The notes under the pieces are model-generated. The model was not told the origin of the DNA, ran no database searches, and saw only the letters and a list, made by a program, of their open reading frames with translations. Shown here one piece after another: positions 27,034-40,349 of a DNA stretch of 64,000 nucleotides; position 1 is the stretch's first letter; every line of letters starts with the position of its first letter. A program made the translations under genes and the position numbers. Source of the DNA: Octopus vulgaris (lineage: Eukaryota); the NCBI GenBank assembly GCA_951406725.2, contig OX597828.1, positions 65,348,001-65,412,000 on the forward strand, in the 5' to 3' direction.

Positions 27034-27644
27034 CAACGATTAAAATAAATATTATGAATTAAACACAAATTAGATGTGTAGTGTAACAAAATAATTGAAT
27101 TGTTGATTGGAGCTGTGGTTACTTTCGAAGCAATCTGCACTAAACTAAAACAAAAAAAAATTAGTTTCAGTGGAGAATGTAGCTTGAAACTTCTAAGGAA
27201 TTGGCTAAAAAGAAAAAGTTTAATAAGCTAATTTCTAAATGAGCACCTGTATTTAATAGAGTTTAAAGCTATTCTTAAGAACGTAGTGACTTTTGAAAAA
27301 AATTCGTCGCACGTTATAGGAAAAAATTTTTTTAATATTTTTATATAACAAGATAGGTGTAGCATCCTTCTGCATAACATTATCGTTATTTAGTTTATTA
27401 TCTCCGAACTTTAAGACTTAATTAGAGATATAAATTAATGAGTCATTAATTAAACCATTGATTTAAATATGATGAAGAATATAATCTAATTACCCATTCA
27501 GGGAATTGTTAATTATCATGTTATATAAACTTTAATGAACTTACTTCTGAAGGACTTGCTGCTCTCCTATATAATGTAGGGGTCCCAGAGTCTTTAGAAG
27601 CTGGGAGCTTCCTAGTGATGTTGACAGAAGAATAATCAACTCTA

Positions 27645-27719
27645 ATAAAGGCACAAGGCCGGAAATTGGGGAGAAGGCCTTTCGTCGATTACATCGACTC
27701 CAGTGCTCAGCTGGTACTT

Positions 27720-27762
<43 letters not shown>

Positions 27763-28143
27763 TTATTATTTAAGGCGATGAGCTGGCTGAATCGTTAGCA
27801 AGCTGGACGACATGCTTAGCGGTATTTCGTCTGTCGCTCCGTTCTAAGTTCAAATTCCGCCGAGTTGACTTTGCCTTTCATCCTTCCGGTGTCGATAAAA
27901 ATAAGTACCAGTTGAAATCTGAGGTCGATGTAATGAACTCATCCTCTTCTCCCTAAAATTTGCTGCCCCTGTGAAAATTTTTGAAACCATTATTATTGTT
28001 ATATCATACTTATTGCATTTTATTTATTATTTTTATTTTACTTATTTTATTGACCTCTAAAGGGATAAAAGGGGCAAAGCCGGAAGAAATGCCTCAGGGC
28101 ATTTTCCTTCGGCATAATAACGAGTCTGCCAGCTTACTGCCTT
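27645..28143. mobile_element. Nested SINE A copies (plus copy inside minus copy) with (ATT)n
   Basis: Minus tail 27645-27720, (ATT)n, plus copy 27772-27990, minus head remnant to 28143. Interrupts a candidate exon (27545-28189). Confidence 0.75.
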
Positions 28144-28423
28144 CTGTAGGATGAATAATAAGAAATACGTGAACTTAGGCACCATCGATCTATAAAAAAT
28201 GAAGCTGTAATCCCAAAATGAATAACTGCTGAATATGAGATTGTAAAGAACTACGCTTAATGATCTAGATAATAGTAAATATAGACTATTATCTTCCAGT
28301 ATTCATCATAAATCGCTGATAATTTCAATCCAAAAGAGAGTAATGTGTGTGTGTGTGTGTGAGGAGATGTAGTAGAATAAAGGTAAATATATATAGAACT
28401 CTCTCTCTCTCTCTCTCTCTATG

Positions 28424-28528
<105 letters not shown>

Positions 28529-28753
28529 TTTTTTTTATTACTTTTAGAGACAGAATGTTACGAACGTGACTCGGTGAGGGGCTTTTACTGCCAATAATAT
28601 CTATTATCACATTGACTTATCGGTTTGATAAGCGCCACGCACTCTGAATCAGACTGTTAATTTTTATATTCGTTGATATGTGTGTGTATGTATGTGCATG
28701 TGTATATTATATATATACATACATATACACTTCATAACTAAATATATATAATA

Positions 28754-29165
28754 GGCGCAGGAGTGGCTGTGTGGTAAATAGCTTGCTAACCAACCACATG
28801 GTTCCGGGTTCAGTCCCACTGCGTGGCATCTTGGGCAAGTGTCTTCTGCTATAGCCCAGGGCCGACCAATGCCTTGTGAGTGGATTTGGTAGACGGAAAC
28901 TGAAAGAAGCCTGTCGTATATATGTATATATGTGTAAGTGTGTGTGTTTGTGTGTGTGTGTTTGTCCCCCTAGCATTGCTTGACAACCGATACTGGTGTG
29001 TTTACGTCCCCGTCACTTAGCGGTTCGGCAAAAGAGACCGATAGAATAAGTACTGGGCTTACAAAGAATAAGTCCCGGAGTCGATTTGCTCGACTAAAGG
29101 CAGTGCTCCAGTATGGCCGCAGTCAAATGACTGAAACAAGTAAAAGAGTAAAAGAGAGAGAGAGT
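28754..29165 (+). mobile_element. SINE family B, full copy
   Basis: Highly similar to 21215-21640. Confidence 0.9.
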
Positions 29166-29707
29166 AATTATAAACATGCTTAAATATGGAACAGTTTAAG
29201 AGTGGAATATTTTCTCATTTCAATAGAATTTGAAATCGCAGACTGTCTTTTCAAGGATATAGTTTTTAAATGAATAATTTTCATACCTACAGTCTTCAGA
29301 AGTATGCGATGTTGTGTAAGATGAGTGGAAAGGAGTTTGGAGATGTGGGTCTACGTGTGCGTGTTTTGAAAAGTTATGTGAGTGAGAGGGGCAGAGAAAG
29401 AATTACAGTAACAGAGAGAGAAAGAGAGAGACAGAGAAGGCAGAAAACACAAAGATCAATTAACCCCGAGGACGTCAACTTGCAATTATATCGTGTAAAA
29501 TTTATTAGCAGTACATACACACATATACACATGCATATAAAAATTATTTGTATATGTGCAAGACCTGAAAATTTTGAGTAGGTGACAGTCGATTACACAA
29601 ATGGTGGTGCACAGTTGGGATCTTGGCGGCAACTGAAACGGAAGAAATTCTGTTAACCATTTTGACCGGCGTGCTCGCGATTCTGTTAACTTGCTGCTTT
29701 TACTTAC

Positions 29708-30350
29708 ATTTAAATAATATTATGTATTCATGAAGACTGTATGTGAGTTGCTAATTCGATTTATATTGGTTTAACATATCTCCAAATGTCAGACTTCTAA
29801 ATGTGCATCTTCTAGCCGCTTCAAAAACGTGCGGTAATAAAACAGCACATGTAGGGTTCATCATGCATATATCTCAAAAATGGCGGCGAGCTGGTAGAAA
29901 CGTTAGCACGCCGGACGAAATGCGTAGCCGTATTTCGTCTATCGTTACGTTCCGAGTTCAAATTCCACCGAGGTCGACTGTGCCGTTCATCTTTTCAGGG
30001 TCGATAAATTGAGTACCAAATACGCACTGGGGTCGATGTAATCGACTTAATCCCTTTGTCTGTCCTCTCTGTGTTTAGCTCCTTGTGGGTAGTAAAGAAA
30101 AATCATACATATATCTCAAAAGTTTTCTTTAGAATATGATTAAAATAAAAGTTTAAGAAAATACAGAGAGTGGCATCGGTACCGATTCTGTACCTCACAC
30201 TAACAATCCTACTCTGCCACCGCTTTATTACAACATTCAGCTTTTCGAAATATCATTTCTTGAGTGAGTCTTCGCATTCTTACCCTGTAGACTCAGTTCC
30301 AGGATTTTCCATTTGTGCACCATTCTTGGTTGATTGGGAACTTTATGTTT
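29708..30350 (-). pseudogene. LLTP copy 1 exon relic (DUF1943-like), interrupted by a SINE
   Basis: WKILELSLQGKN..PMPLSVF/LKLLF..QLTYSLHEYIILFK followed by donor GTAAGT. A SINE with a 20-bp TSD is inserted at 29880-30101. Confidence 0.5.
29880..30101 (+). mobile_element. SINE family A with 20-bp TSD
   Basis: TSD ATCAT(G/A)CATATATCTCAAAA at 29860-29879 and 30102-30121. Confidence 0.95.
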
Positions 30351-30417
30351 GCAAATTAGAAAGAAAGAATCATTACTGAAAAGGGGGATGTTATTTCTAG
30401 AGATACAAACATCCATG

Positions 30418-30460
<43 letters not shown>

Positions 30461-30464
30461 GCAT

Positions 30465-30510
<46 letters not shown>

Positions 30511-30810
30511 GGTTAGCTAAAAAATATTTTTGTTTCCATTCTATTTGGAATTAATTTTATTCGTGGTTTGGGTTTTAGCTGCCCTTTCTAGCATGTCAGA
30601 TGTCCTGTTTGTACTTCTTTGTACTTCTTTGTACAGGTCACTTCTTTGTACATAAATACTTAATTTTTTTTTCGTACTCTCTTATATATGAAAATATGTT
30701 CTCTATTGACTTTATTATGCACGCTAGCGAGTGGTTTGAAATTTTTTCTAAATTTTCTACCCTTATTTTCTCCCGGGTTTCGGCATCCGGCGGCTGGTTT
30801 GCCTTTTATA

Positions 30811-30975
30811 GGCGCAGGAGTGGCTGTGTGGTAAGTAGCTTGCTAACCAACTTCATGGTTCCGGGTTCAGTCCCACTGCGTGGCACCTTGGGCAAGTGTC
30901 TTCTGCTATAGCCCCGGGCCGACCAATGCCTTGTGAGTGGATTTGGTAGACGGAAACTGAAAGAAGCCTGTCGTA

Positions 30976-31028
<53 letters not shown>

Positions 31029-31673
31029 CGGGAAGCTTTATGAAAATAAACAAAAGACGAAGGCAGGTGGAAAACAAACGAACAATTGTATTAGTATGGC
31101 GCTCAGGAAATATAAATAAAACAAGTCTTTAACGTTTCGAGCCTACGCTCTTCAACAGAAAGATACACAGAGAGAGAAAAACACAGAAAGAAGGAGAGAA
31201 AAAAATGCGTGCAGTAGCTAACGAATCAACATGGCGATCTGATTTCGGCCAGAGGTCAAAGATCAAACATGAGACGCGAGAGCGAAATAAGGGGAGATAA
31301 TAGGGTTGATAAAAGGGTTGAGGGACCAGCTAATAGTGCGTGGGAGGGGTCTGGATGTGTGTATGTATAGGGTTGGTGTATGTATTAGTATGTATAAGGG
31401 TGTGTGTGTGTGTGTGTGTGTGTGTATGAGAGAGTATTAGTGCGTAGGATTGGTCTGGACGTGCGTATGTATGGGGTTGGTGTATGTATTAGTATGTATT
31501 AGTACGTATTGGTATGTATAGGTGTGTGTGTGTGTGTGTGTGAGAGAGTATAAGTGCGTATGCGGGGTCTGGACGTGTGTATGTATAGGGTTGGTGTAAG
31601 TATTAGTATGTACTAGTATGTATTAGTACGTATTAGTATGTATTAGTTGGTGTGTGTATTAGTATGGCACATC

Positions 31674-31707
<34 letters not shown>

Positions 31708-31920
31708 TTGTGTGTCTGTGTTTGTCCCCCTAGCATTGCTTGACAACCGATGCTGGTGTGTTTACGTCCCTGTCACCTAGCGGTTCGGCTAAAAGAGACC
31801 GATAGAATAAGTACTGGGCTTACAAAGAATAAGTCCCGGGGTCGATTTGTTCGACTAAAGGCGGTGCTCCAGCATGGCCGCAGTCAAATGACTGAAACAA
31901 GTAAAAGAGTAAAAGAGAGT
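30811..31920 (+). mobile_element. SINE family B split by a PLE fragment inserted in its internal (TA)n
   Basis: Head 30811-30975; minus-strand PLE terminus ~31030-31670 with hammerhead-like module at 31127-31162 and three ~110-bp tandem units; tail 31700-31920. Confidence 0.85.
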
Positions 31921-32212
31921 AGATAGTTATAATTTTCACAGTATATATATATATCGTGAAACCAGTGTAAAATATAAAAAAAATTGCATTCTCAACCTTC
32001 TCTCGATATTGTGTGAGTGTGTGTAAGGACACAGGTGTGAAACACAATCATTACTTTGATTTTCTATGTCTTAACCATCATTGAATTGTTGGAGTAGCAA
32101 CTTACAACCCTGAATGTGTTTCATACAGGTGTCATTTAATAGATATAATACTCTATTTCCAACAATGCGATACTTAGGTCATATTCTTACACACACACAT
32201 ACACACAGATAT

Positions 32213-32288
<76 letters not shown>

Positions 32289-32333
32289 CATGGAGGATAC
32301 CAGGCTTTAATACCAGAGCACAACATTTGTTAC

Positions 32334-32810
32334 TTCACTGCACATCAGGTTTAAGTTTATATTCATATATCATTATAGAATATCATTCTTTTAATTAATA
32401 AATAGTTGAAATTTTTTCAGCAACGGCCGTGCATGGGTGCTCCGTTGGCTGGAAGATACATGTGAGCGTGTATAACAATATTTCATAATCAGTATTTACC
32501 ATCGAAATTTTAAATGTAGCAGTTTCATGAACCTAACAATTGTGACGTTGATAAATATTTTATTTCTGAAGCCAAGACATAACTAAAAACACCGTTTACC
32601 TGTTGGTCTTCTTTGTTAATATTTCATTAAATGAAAAGTATGGCTTTTCTTTTTCTAAGGAAGTGCGATACTTAAACAAATACCAAATACCATTTATTTC
32701 ATAGATTGTAAGTTTTGGAAACATAGAGCTTATCAAATATACATAACGCTGTTTGTTTCATTACGAATATATTCTCCACACAGATGGTTTTCCGGAACTT
32801 TTGTCTTTCT
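32334..32810 (-). pseudogene. LLTP copy 1 exon relic (end of helical domain)
   Basis: RKTICVENIFVMKQ..NINKEDQQVNGVFSYV resembles L-x2-E-x3-QV-x-SFV-x-S. Several stops. Confidence 0.5.
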
Positions 32811-32937
32811 CTCATGAAATAAAATAAAAGGAAGTCGTTTTCCTACTTACTCATTAAGCAATATTCGACTGAAATAATTTGTAATTGTTTCAATTTCTCC
32901 TTCTTTCTTTTTTCTTTCTCTTTATTATATTGCCCCC

Positions 32938-33228
32938 GTGGAGGCGCATGGCCTAGTGGTTAGAGCAGCGGACTCGCGGTCGCGGGATCGCGGGTTCGAA
33001 TCTCAGACCGGGCGATGTATGTGTTTTTGAGCGGCTCCGGCAGAAGGTAATGGCGAACTTCTGCTGACTCTTTCGCCACAACTTTCTCTCACTCTTTCCT
33101 CCAGCATCTTACGGCTCACCTGCGACGGACCGGCGTCCCGTCCAGGTGGGGAACCTATACGCCAAGGAAACCAGGAAACCGGCCCTTACAAGCCAGGCGT
33201 GGCTCGAGAAGGAACAAACAACAACAAA
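32938..33228 (+). mobile_element. SINE with family C-like head and third tail type
   Basis: Head GTGGAGGCGCATGGCCTAGTGGTTAGAGCAGCGGACTCGCGG; tail GGAAACCGGCCCTT..GGCTCGAGAAGGAAC(AAC)n. Confidence 0.85.
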
Positions 33229-33379
33229 TTACCCCCAAGCTAGTATTCATATAAGTAAATTAATTCAACAAATCATAATTACATGCACGTATGTATGTGT
33301 ATGCGTGTATATGCGTGTGTATATCTATGTGCGCCTCAACACGCGCGTGACAGACACGCAGGCAAAAAGAGAGTAAATA

Positions 33380-34153
33380 ATGGCTTCAAATTTTGGCACT
33401 AGGTCAGCAATTTTCAAGGGAGGGCTCTAGTTGATCACAAGGTCATTGATGTTCAGCTAGAACATTATTTTATCGACCCCGGAGGAATGTAAGCAAAATT
33501 GACCTCGGAAACATTTGAACTCAGAACTGGCAACAGTTCGGCCAGTTCACCACCTTCAAGAGAGTAAATAGTAATCTTTTCTACTATAGGTACAAGGCCA
33601 GAGATTTAGGGGAGGGAGCTAGCCGTTTGCAACAACCCCAGTGCTTGCTGGGTACTTAATTTATTAACCACAGAAGAATGAAAAGAAAAGCCGACCCCCG
33701 CGAAATTTGAACTCAGAACGTAACGGCAGACGAAATACCTATTTCTTTACTACCCACAAGGGGCTAAACACAGAGAGGACAAACAAGGACAGACAAACGG
33801 ATTAAGCCGATTACATCGACCTCACTGCGTAACTGGTACTTATTTAATCGACCCCGAAAGGATGAAAAGCAAAGTCGACCGCGGCTGAATTTGAACTCAG
33901 AACGTAGCGGCAGACGAAATACCTGTTTCTTTATTACACACAAGGGGCTAAACACAGAGGGGACAAACAAGGACAGACATAGGTATTAAGTCGATTACAT
34001 CGACCCCAGTGCGTAACTGGTACTTAATTTATCGACACCGAAAGGATGAAAAGCTAAGTCGACCTCGGCTGAATTTGAACTCAGATCGTAGCGGCAGACG
34101 AAATACTATTAAGTCTTTTGCCCGGTGTGCTAAGTGTTACACCAGCACGCCAC

Positions 34154-34197
<44 letters not shown>

Positions 34198-34385
34198 ATA
34201 TTCAGTGATGTAGGAATAAGGACTGAGATTTTGAAGAGCGTGGGCTTGCCAATTGCATCAAACCAATGCTTGTTTGGTACTTGATTTATCAACTCTGAAA
34301 AGATAAGTCAATCGGAATTTGAACCTACAGAATGCTTAATAGCATTTTGACGGGTTTTCTAACAATTCTTCCATCTCACCGCCTT
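33380..34385 (-). mobile_element. Cluster and tandem array of SINE family A
   Basis: Young tandem units at ~33690-34155 flanked by older degraded copies. Confidence 0.85.
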
Positions 34386-34447
34386 AAAAATGCTAACTAG
34401 TAATAACTATACAAGCACCCGACATAAGTATGGTAGACCATACATAC

Positions 34448-34557
34448 GTTGTTTTAAACTTCGAACATCTCCGCAGCTGCCAGCAGGGACTAATAAGACC
34501 AAACACATTTAGAAAGTAGACATATAGTCGACTACTTTTGTATTGTGTTACGTCAGT
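34448..34557 (-). pseudogene. LLTP copy 1 exon relic (KALGNAG-like motif)
   Basis: 110 bp between ctatttAG and GTATGT. Translates LT*HNTKVVDYMSTF*MCLVLLVPAGSCGDVRSLKQ, resembling vitellogenin L-x-LKALGNAG-x3-S-x-K. Confidence 0.6.
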
Positions 34558-35044
34558 CTAAATAGAATTCGCAACTCACACATGCCCCGATATGAATGAA
34601 TAATGTTATTTACATGTATGCAAAGGCGGTGAGCTGGCAGAATCATTAACACACTGGAAAATGATCTAAGCCGTATTTCTTTCGGCTTAACGTTCGGAGT
34701 TCAGAATAACTTAGCGTTTTACCCTCGAGGTCGATAAAATAAGACAAATTGAGCACTGCGGTCGATGTAATCGGCTATGCCCTTCCTACCAAAACGTCAG
34801 GGCTTCTGCCTGTGGTAGAAAGAATTATTTATATTTATGTGTGTGGGTAGGTGCTTATAGGTAAAAAATTTTACATGATATAAATAGCACTGTAATTCCC
34901 CTTGGGTTAAATTGACGTGAGTTCATGTTCTGTGACATTTGACATATTAGTAATACTTTAATTAAGGTCCGCTTAGAAACAAAATTGAATACATGAAAGG
35001 GATAGAATGCACTGATTTTAAATGATATACATATGTATATTTAC

Positions 35045-35778
35045 GTCTATTATTTTTGTCATCAATTTAGCATCGGGCAAGAAATTGTAATTTATAAGGT
35101 AACGGGTGTCGTTAAATGTTATAGTATATATGGGATATTTTTTTCTTAGTTAAAGGCTTAATAGATAGAACCACAAATCACCGATTTGAATATTTTGGGG
35201 AGAGAAATTTATTGAATATATTTCTACTCTTTTCTGCTGTTTAATGCCAGATTTCGGTTTCTTTCCTGTCCGTCTATCCAACCTTCTACGACCCCTAGTG
35301 CGGTCCTTATTAAATTTCCTCCCTGCAGATATGTAACAATAATTTTTGTTAAAACGAACTTTACTGCTTTAAATTCAAATTCCAACAAGACAGTATTTGC
35401 TTTGATTATCGTGTGGTTAATAAAATAGCGATATTTCATAATCCTTAGCAATTTTGTTACTCCATCTACCTAATAAAATTCTATCTTGTTTTGTCACAGG
35501 ATCTTTTACGGTGCTGGTTGTTGCCAATCTCTTGAATTATTTTCTTTTCTTCCAGCTTTACAATGTCTTTGATAACCATTTTATTTCAATACTCATGTCA
35601 AAGCATTAAATAAATTATATCTTAGTTTATATAATCTTGAACTGTTTTCCCACTTCGGATCTTTCTGTTACATGAACGCTGTGGAATTGCAATGCGAGAA
35701 TTTTCATTAAGATTTAAGAAATCCTGCCAAGGACTTCGGCTTGTTGTTTCTATTTAACGAGTAGATTTATTGCGATAT
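35045..35778 (-). pseudogene. LLTP copy 1 exon relic (alpha-helical domain)
   Basis: AG...GT bounded and contains track ORF 35224-35451 (KANTVLLEFEFK..GNLIRTALGVVEGWI). Helical-domain-like pattern; frameshifted. Confidence 0.5.
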
Positions 35779-36685
35779 CTAATTTATGTAATTGAATTGT
35801 GCGTGCGAATAATTATTCACCGCACAGCAGTAAATAAATCAAATAATCACTGAAGACAGCTAAATTAATAGCTTCTTTCTTTACCAATTTACTAAAGGAC
35901 AACCTGCAAGGCTTTTTATACTGTGACATTAACACACTCTAATTTATGTCAAGGCAAGCAGGAATGGACGCAGGCATCGCTATGGCGTTAACATGACCGT
36001 TTCGTAACCACAAGGTTCCGGTTCAACCCCACTGTGGCACTAATTTAAGAAATGCTCGCTATTCTAGCTTCCGGTATCGTATTACGTTATGCGTAAAATT
36101 TGAAAAGTGGAAACTGTTCGGGCACTCGTCGTATATACGCAGATATTCGGTAATTCAATAACTGTTTAACCAACGGAATAATCGATTGTTTGATTGATCA
36201 TTAGGTTAATCAATCAATTATGTTTGTCAAGGTACTTTCGTTGCCATTCATGACCTCTTCAATGACACACCCTACCTGAACCAGATCAACCCCAAGCCCT
36301 TCTGACCGTTTCTTTGTTTTAGTCTCTATAAATATGTGTGTTTGAATGTGAGAGGAAATGCACGGGAGAAGGGGAGAGACGGAGAAAAAGAAGAGTGTTT
36401 GTGTTTGTGTTCATGTGTATATATATATGTGCGTGTGAGCTTTCTGGGGTGTGTGCGTATGCGTGATTGTATGGTGCAGTTGGGTTTTTTGAGTGATTTC
36501 GTAAGAGAGAACATGTGCCCTGCTCTACGTGTGTGCATGTTTATTTGTGTGTGCGCGTTCATGGTTGTGGAGGGTAAAATGTTTATTTCTTTGCATCAAT
36601 TATCAGTTGGTCTTGTCGCTTTGACTGGATGGTGTGTGTGTGTGTGAGTGTGGACATCTGAGCGCGTGTATGCGCGTATACTAAC

Positions 36686-36830
36686 CAACCGTGTTGCTTG
36701 TTTATGGACGGTACCGATCGAATTACAATTTACTGACATTTCGTTCTCTCTTTATTGCGATAATTCAAAGAAATAAGGAGTACGATGCCGGTTCAACTTC
36801 ATATCGCCTACGCACGCCAAGTATATAGTC
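36686..36830 (-). pseudogene. LLTP copy 1 exon relic (beta-barrel)
   Basis: Acceptor atgcAG, then DYILGVRRRYEVEPASYSLFL*IIAIKRERNVSKL*FDR and donor GTTAGT. Resembles the LLTP motif E-x-D-V-x-G-x-C-x3-Y..TK-x-RD-x3-C-x2-R. Confidence 0.55.
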
Positions 36831-36879
36831 CTGCATATGCATACTAGTTGTGTGCTTAAAACCATGGCATGGTGGCAGT

Positions 36880-37158
36880 AATGGTGTGGCCTCTATATGT
36901 TAAACTTATTTTCCTTAAATGATGGTTTCCCCTCGTTTATCAGTCTCTCTCATTTGCGTAAAGATGCATCCTATACGTGTATCGAAAGGATTTCATATTT
37001 ATGTTATTCAGCATACTGTTACGCTTATCTTACACATGTTAATAGAGTATCATAGTATGTTTCTTATCACGGTATTCACTCCAATGTTTTTTGCATTATC
37101 TCTACTAAACGTCTAGCAGTCTAACCAGTGTATGCTGTGACTCAGATTCTAGGATTAA
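36880..37158 (-). pseudogene. LLTP copy 1 exon relic (N-terminal beta-barrel)
   Basis: Acceptor tctaacAG, then LILESESQHTLVRLLDV..NMKSFRYTYR..ENKFNI*R. Resembles the F-x-Y..LNI-K-RG region of the Vitellogenin_N domain. Confidence 0.5.
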
Positions 37159-37649
37159 CTGTTAGACAAACAACGTTGTTTACCATTTAAAATCTATGTA
37201 GGGAGAGTATGCAGAACAAATAAAACAATTGATACAGAAGAACTGCGTTAAATGGTACAGAAGAACTACATTATGCCAGCACTGTTAGACGAAGTGGGGA
37301 AAATGGTGGTCTAGGTAAAGCATCGGACAAAATTTGCTACCTAGTTCCAACAATTTAGATATTGGATTCAAATTCCATCTCTGTATATTCGCCTGTCATC
37401 CTTGTCTATAAAATAAATAGATGTCTATAAGATAAATAATTCCGAAGCATTTGAGATTATACTTAAAATTGATGCCCCCATTTGAATTTTTTGTAAATGC
37501 TTTAAACCCATTGAGACAGAATTCAATAATTTTAAGTGAACATATTTCCTTTTAGTTTTATTTATATTTTCGAGATTTCAGGTTTTTTGCAATTATTTTT
37601 TTTTAGATTCTATACTCGTTATATATTAAATTTAATGCATTTTGGATCA

Positions 37650-39960
37650 CAATAAAGTTAAAATTGTCCAAAACATGTTTCTGGCCTGCAACAGTATTCT
37701 TTGTAAGCGAAAGACAGTTAGCATGTTCAACAACAATACAACCAACTTTCAAAGATTTTTCTGGTTTTTATTTCAAAACGCATTTATCAATGCAAAATCA
37801 CGAACATAGCATTTTACGAAATAGGCTTACTGTAATTGTGGAAAAGAAAGTAGTTGAGGTTATTTGCTAAAAGGTTTGTCATGCTTTTTCAACTGGTTTT
37901 ACAAAACTTATTTTTGAAAGAATTTTTCAGCATGAGACATCAAATTGCACAATACAGGAGTTCTGATATATTTTATGAAGAACAAAATATGGCAGATAAA
38001 AGAAATCGCCATTTTAAGACGGATGCAGATTATGGAAAATATTGAAGGTCTGGAATGCATATTAGCTGTGGGGAATATCCTGGATAAACAATAACTACAA
38101 TACAGGGAACATTTAAATGAATGTTACCTTATTCCGAGTTTAACGTACCTTTCGCCAACCATATACATAAAGTCGTTGGTGTCTGTGAAGGCTATGAGAA
38201 GAATCTAATGGAAATGTGAAAACAAAACTGTTCTGTTCAAATGGCCAGTACTCGAGACTAAGCAATTATTTACCAAAAATTATTTCGCGTTATGTTTATT
38301 TGTATGAGGTAAAAGAAATGTTTGCGCTGGATATGGACTATACCAGCAACTACAGTGTATACTGTAATGTAGTGGGTCAAAATTCAAAACCACCGAAAAC
38401 TTATCGTTCGATGGAGCTGATAATATAGTGGTATGGGAAAATATAAAAGAAGTGAAGCTCTACAATCCATTTAGATTTGGTGTTATATATATATAAAATA
38501 CAAAATGATATATATATACATATATAGCGGCGTACGTACACTTTTTTCTCATATATATATGGCATAATCCTTGATTTCTTACATGTGTGTACGTATGCTC
38601 ATGTTCTTAATTTCATAGCAACAGACATGATTCAAAATATTCTATTCAAGATGTTTCTAGAACTACTTCAATCTATGTTGGCATTCTTTTCGCAATGATG
38701 CAAAATCTGGAGAGACGTTTCATCAGAAATGATGGTTCGCTAACCAAACTGAAGCACTTGCAAGAGACTGGAGAAACCTGCAAATAAACTCTTGGCTGTT
38801 AAGCGTATTGTCTTGTACTTTTGAATTGTTCTAATTCTTCTGCACTATCAAGATTCAGGTTGCTAAGTCCCTCGAATTTGGTGCTAACTGCAATCTTCTT
38901 ACAAGGAGTACAGCTACACGCAAGAAACATATTTTTGACAATTCTAACTTTATTGTGGCCAAAAATTCGTATATTAAGAGGAGCGAATCCTTTTTAAAAG
39001 AATCATCTGCAATTTGAATAAAACATTAGAACGCCATAAAATTCCATCAATAAAGCGAATCATTCGTTTGATGATGCTGAAAGTGAATTTGTAACAGAGT
39101 GTGATTCCAGGAAAATATTAACATCAAGGCAGAAACGAATTCCTGGTGAACCCAATGAAGGTGAAATTATTCATGATCCAGTGAACCTCTATGTGGTGTG
39201 ATTCATCGAATGGGTGACTTAATTGCCGCTAGTATTGGAGAACAATTTTCTTAATACCAAAGGTCCACATCATTTTGAAAAACCTAAGGAGGATAGATCG
39301 CTGAATGACATTTCCAATCGTGTACTTTTGAACAAACAAGAACTTTAGCAAATACCGTCATATTTCCTAAACTTTCACTGCCTTTCGAAAAATTTGAACG
39401 AATATTTTGCAAAAAATCAGAACCTTCAAGTCAAAATTGGACGTCAATAGAATTCATACAAGGGTTGCTGAAATATTCCTGGCTTTAAGGGTATCGCGAA
39501 AGGCCTGGCTGGAGGCTCAAACTTTCGAGTTCTTTTACAGGGCTTAGAAATACTGAAGGAGCGCTGCAGTAAGTGTGTCAATCTGAGGGGGGAAATGTTG
39601 AATAAAATCATAATTAACTGATCTTCCTGTGTTTCTTTTACCCAAAGCCAGGAACTTTTCAGCACACCCTCGTAAATTCAAATTCACGTCGATCTTTTAG
39701 AAAGTCGTGTAAGAAATGTCTGCTTTACTGTTTGTGTATCCTTTATAAATATTCATTGCACGCAACTGCATAATTGAATTTGTTCTTAGCTTAGAAATAC
39801 CTTTTAACCCTGTCATTTAGTCAAGACAGTTCCAAATGCGCCGCGTTTGGTTAAAAATAGTAAAACTTCGATGACGCTTCACGCTATCAAATGGTATGCT
39901 CGAAGCTTAATCGCTGTTGAGCATAGAAATAGATTCACATTCTAAAATTATCGTGGTATT
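37650..39960 (+). mobile_element. hAT transposase relic (ZMYM1/Tip100-like)
   Basis: Motifs in order: HEHS; SFDGADNI (like YDGAxNM); HVCTYAHVLNF (like HCxAHxLNL); LQSMLAFFSQ; LFLA*KYLLTLSFSQ and LEA*SLLSIE (hATC dimerisation). Confidence 0.8.
39459..39672 (+). mobile_element. Internally deleted mariner (MITE) with TA TSD, nested in the hAT relic
   Basis: TIRs CAAGGGTTGCTGAAATATTCCTGGC / GCCAGGAACTTTTCAGCACACCCTCG; TA on both sides; retains transposase C-terminus GLEILKERCSKCVNLRGE. Confidence 0.9.
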
Positions 39961-40292
39961 ATTATTCCTTTACTTGTGTAAAATTCAATGCTGCCTTCTA
40001 GATTGACTACTGTCTAGGCATTATACTCTGTAAAATAGATTGTTTAATAATTAACATTCGCGATGTAAATTTATTATTTTGATATTCATACAAAAATATT
40101 GAGAACACATAGCATAGTATCTACTTTCTTAAAAGGATTCGGACAAGAACGCAAAACATCCAAACAGATGATACAGAAAAGGGACAAGAAAAAACAAGGA
40201 CGGGTCATTCAAATTTTTCTTTCCTCAGTCGCGTTCCATGCGCCTATGTATGCGGATGTATGTGCGTATGTATATGTATGTATATATATGTA

Positions 40293-40349
<57 letters not shown>

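Noticed and set aside
32938-33015. tRNA-Arg-like sequence (also at 13830-13902 and 16880-16955)
   Set aside because: It has A/B-box-like motifs but no proper acceptor stem, and it continues into SINE body and tail.
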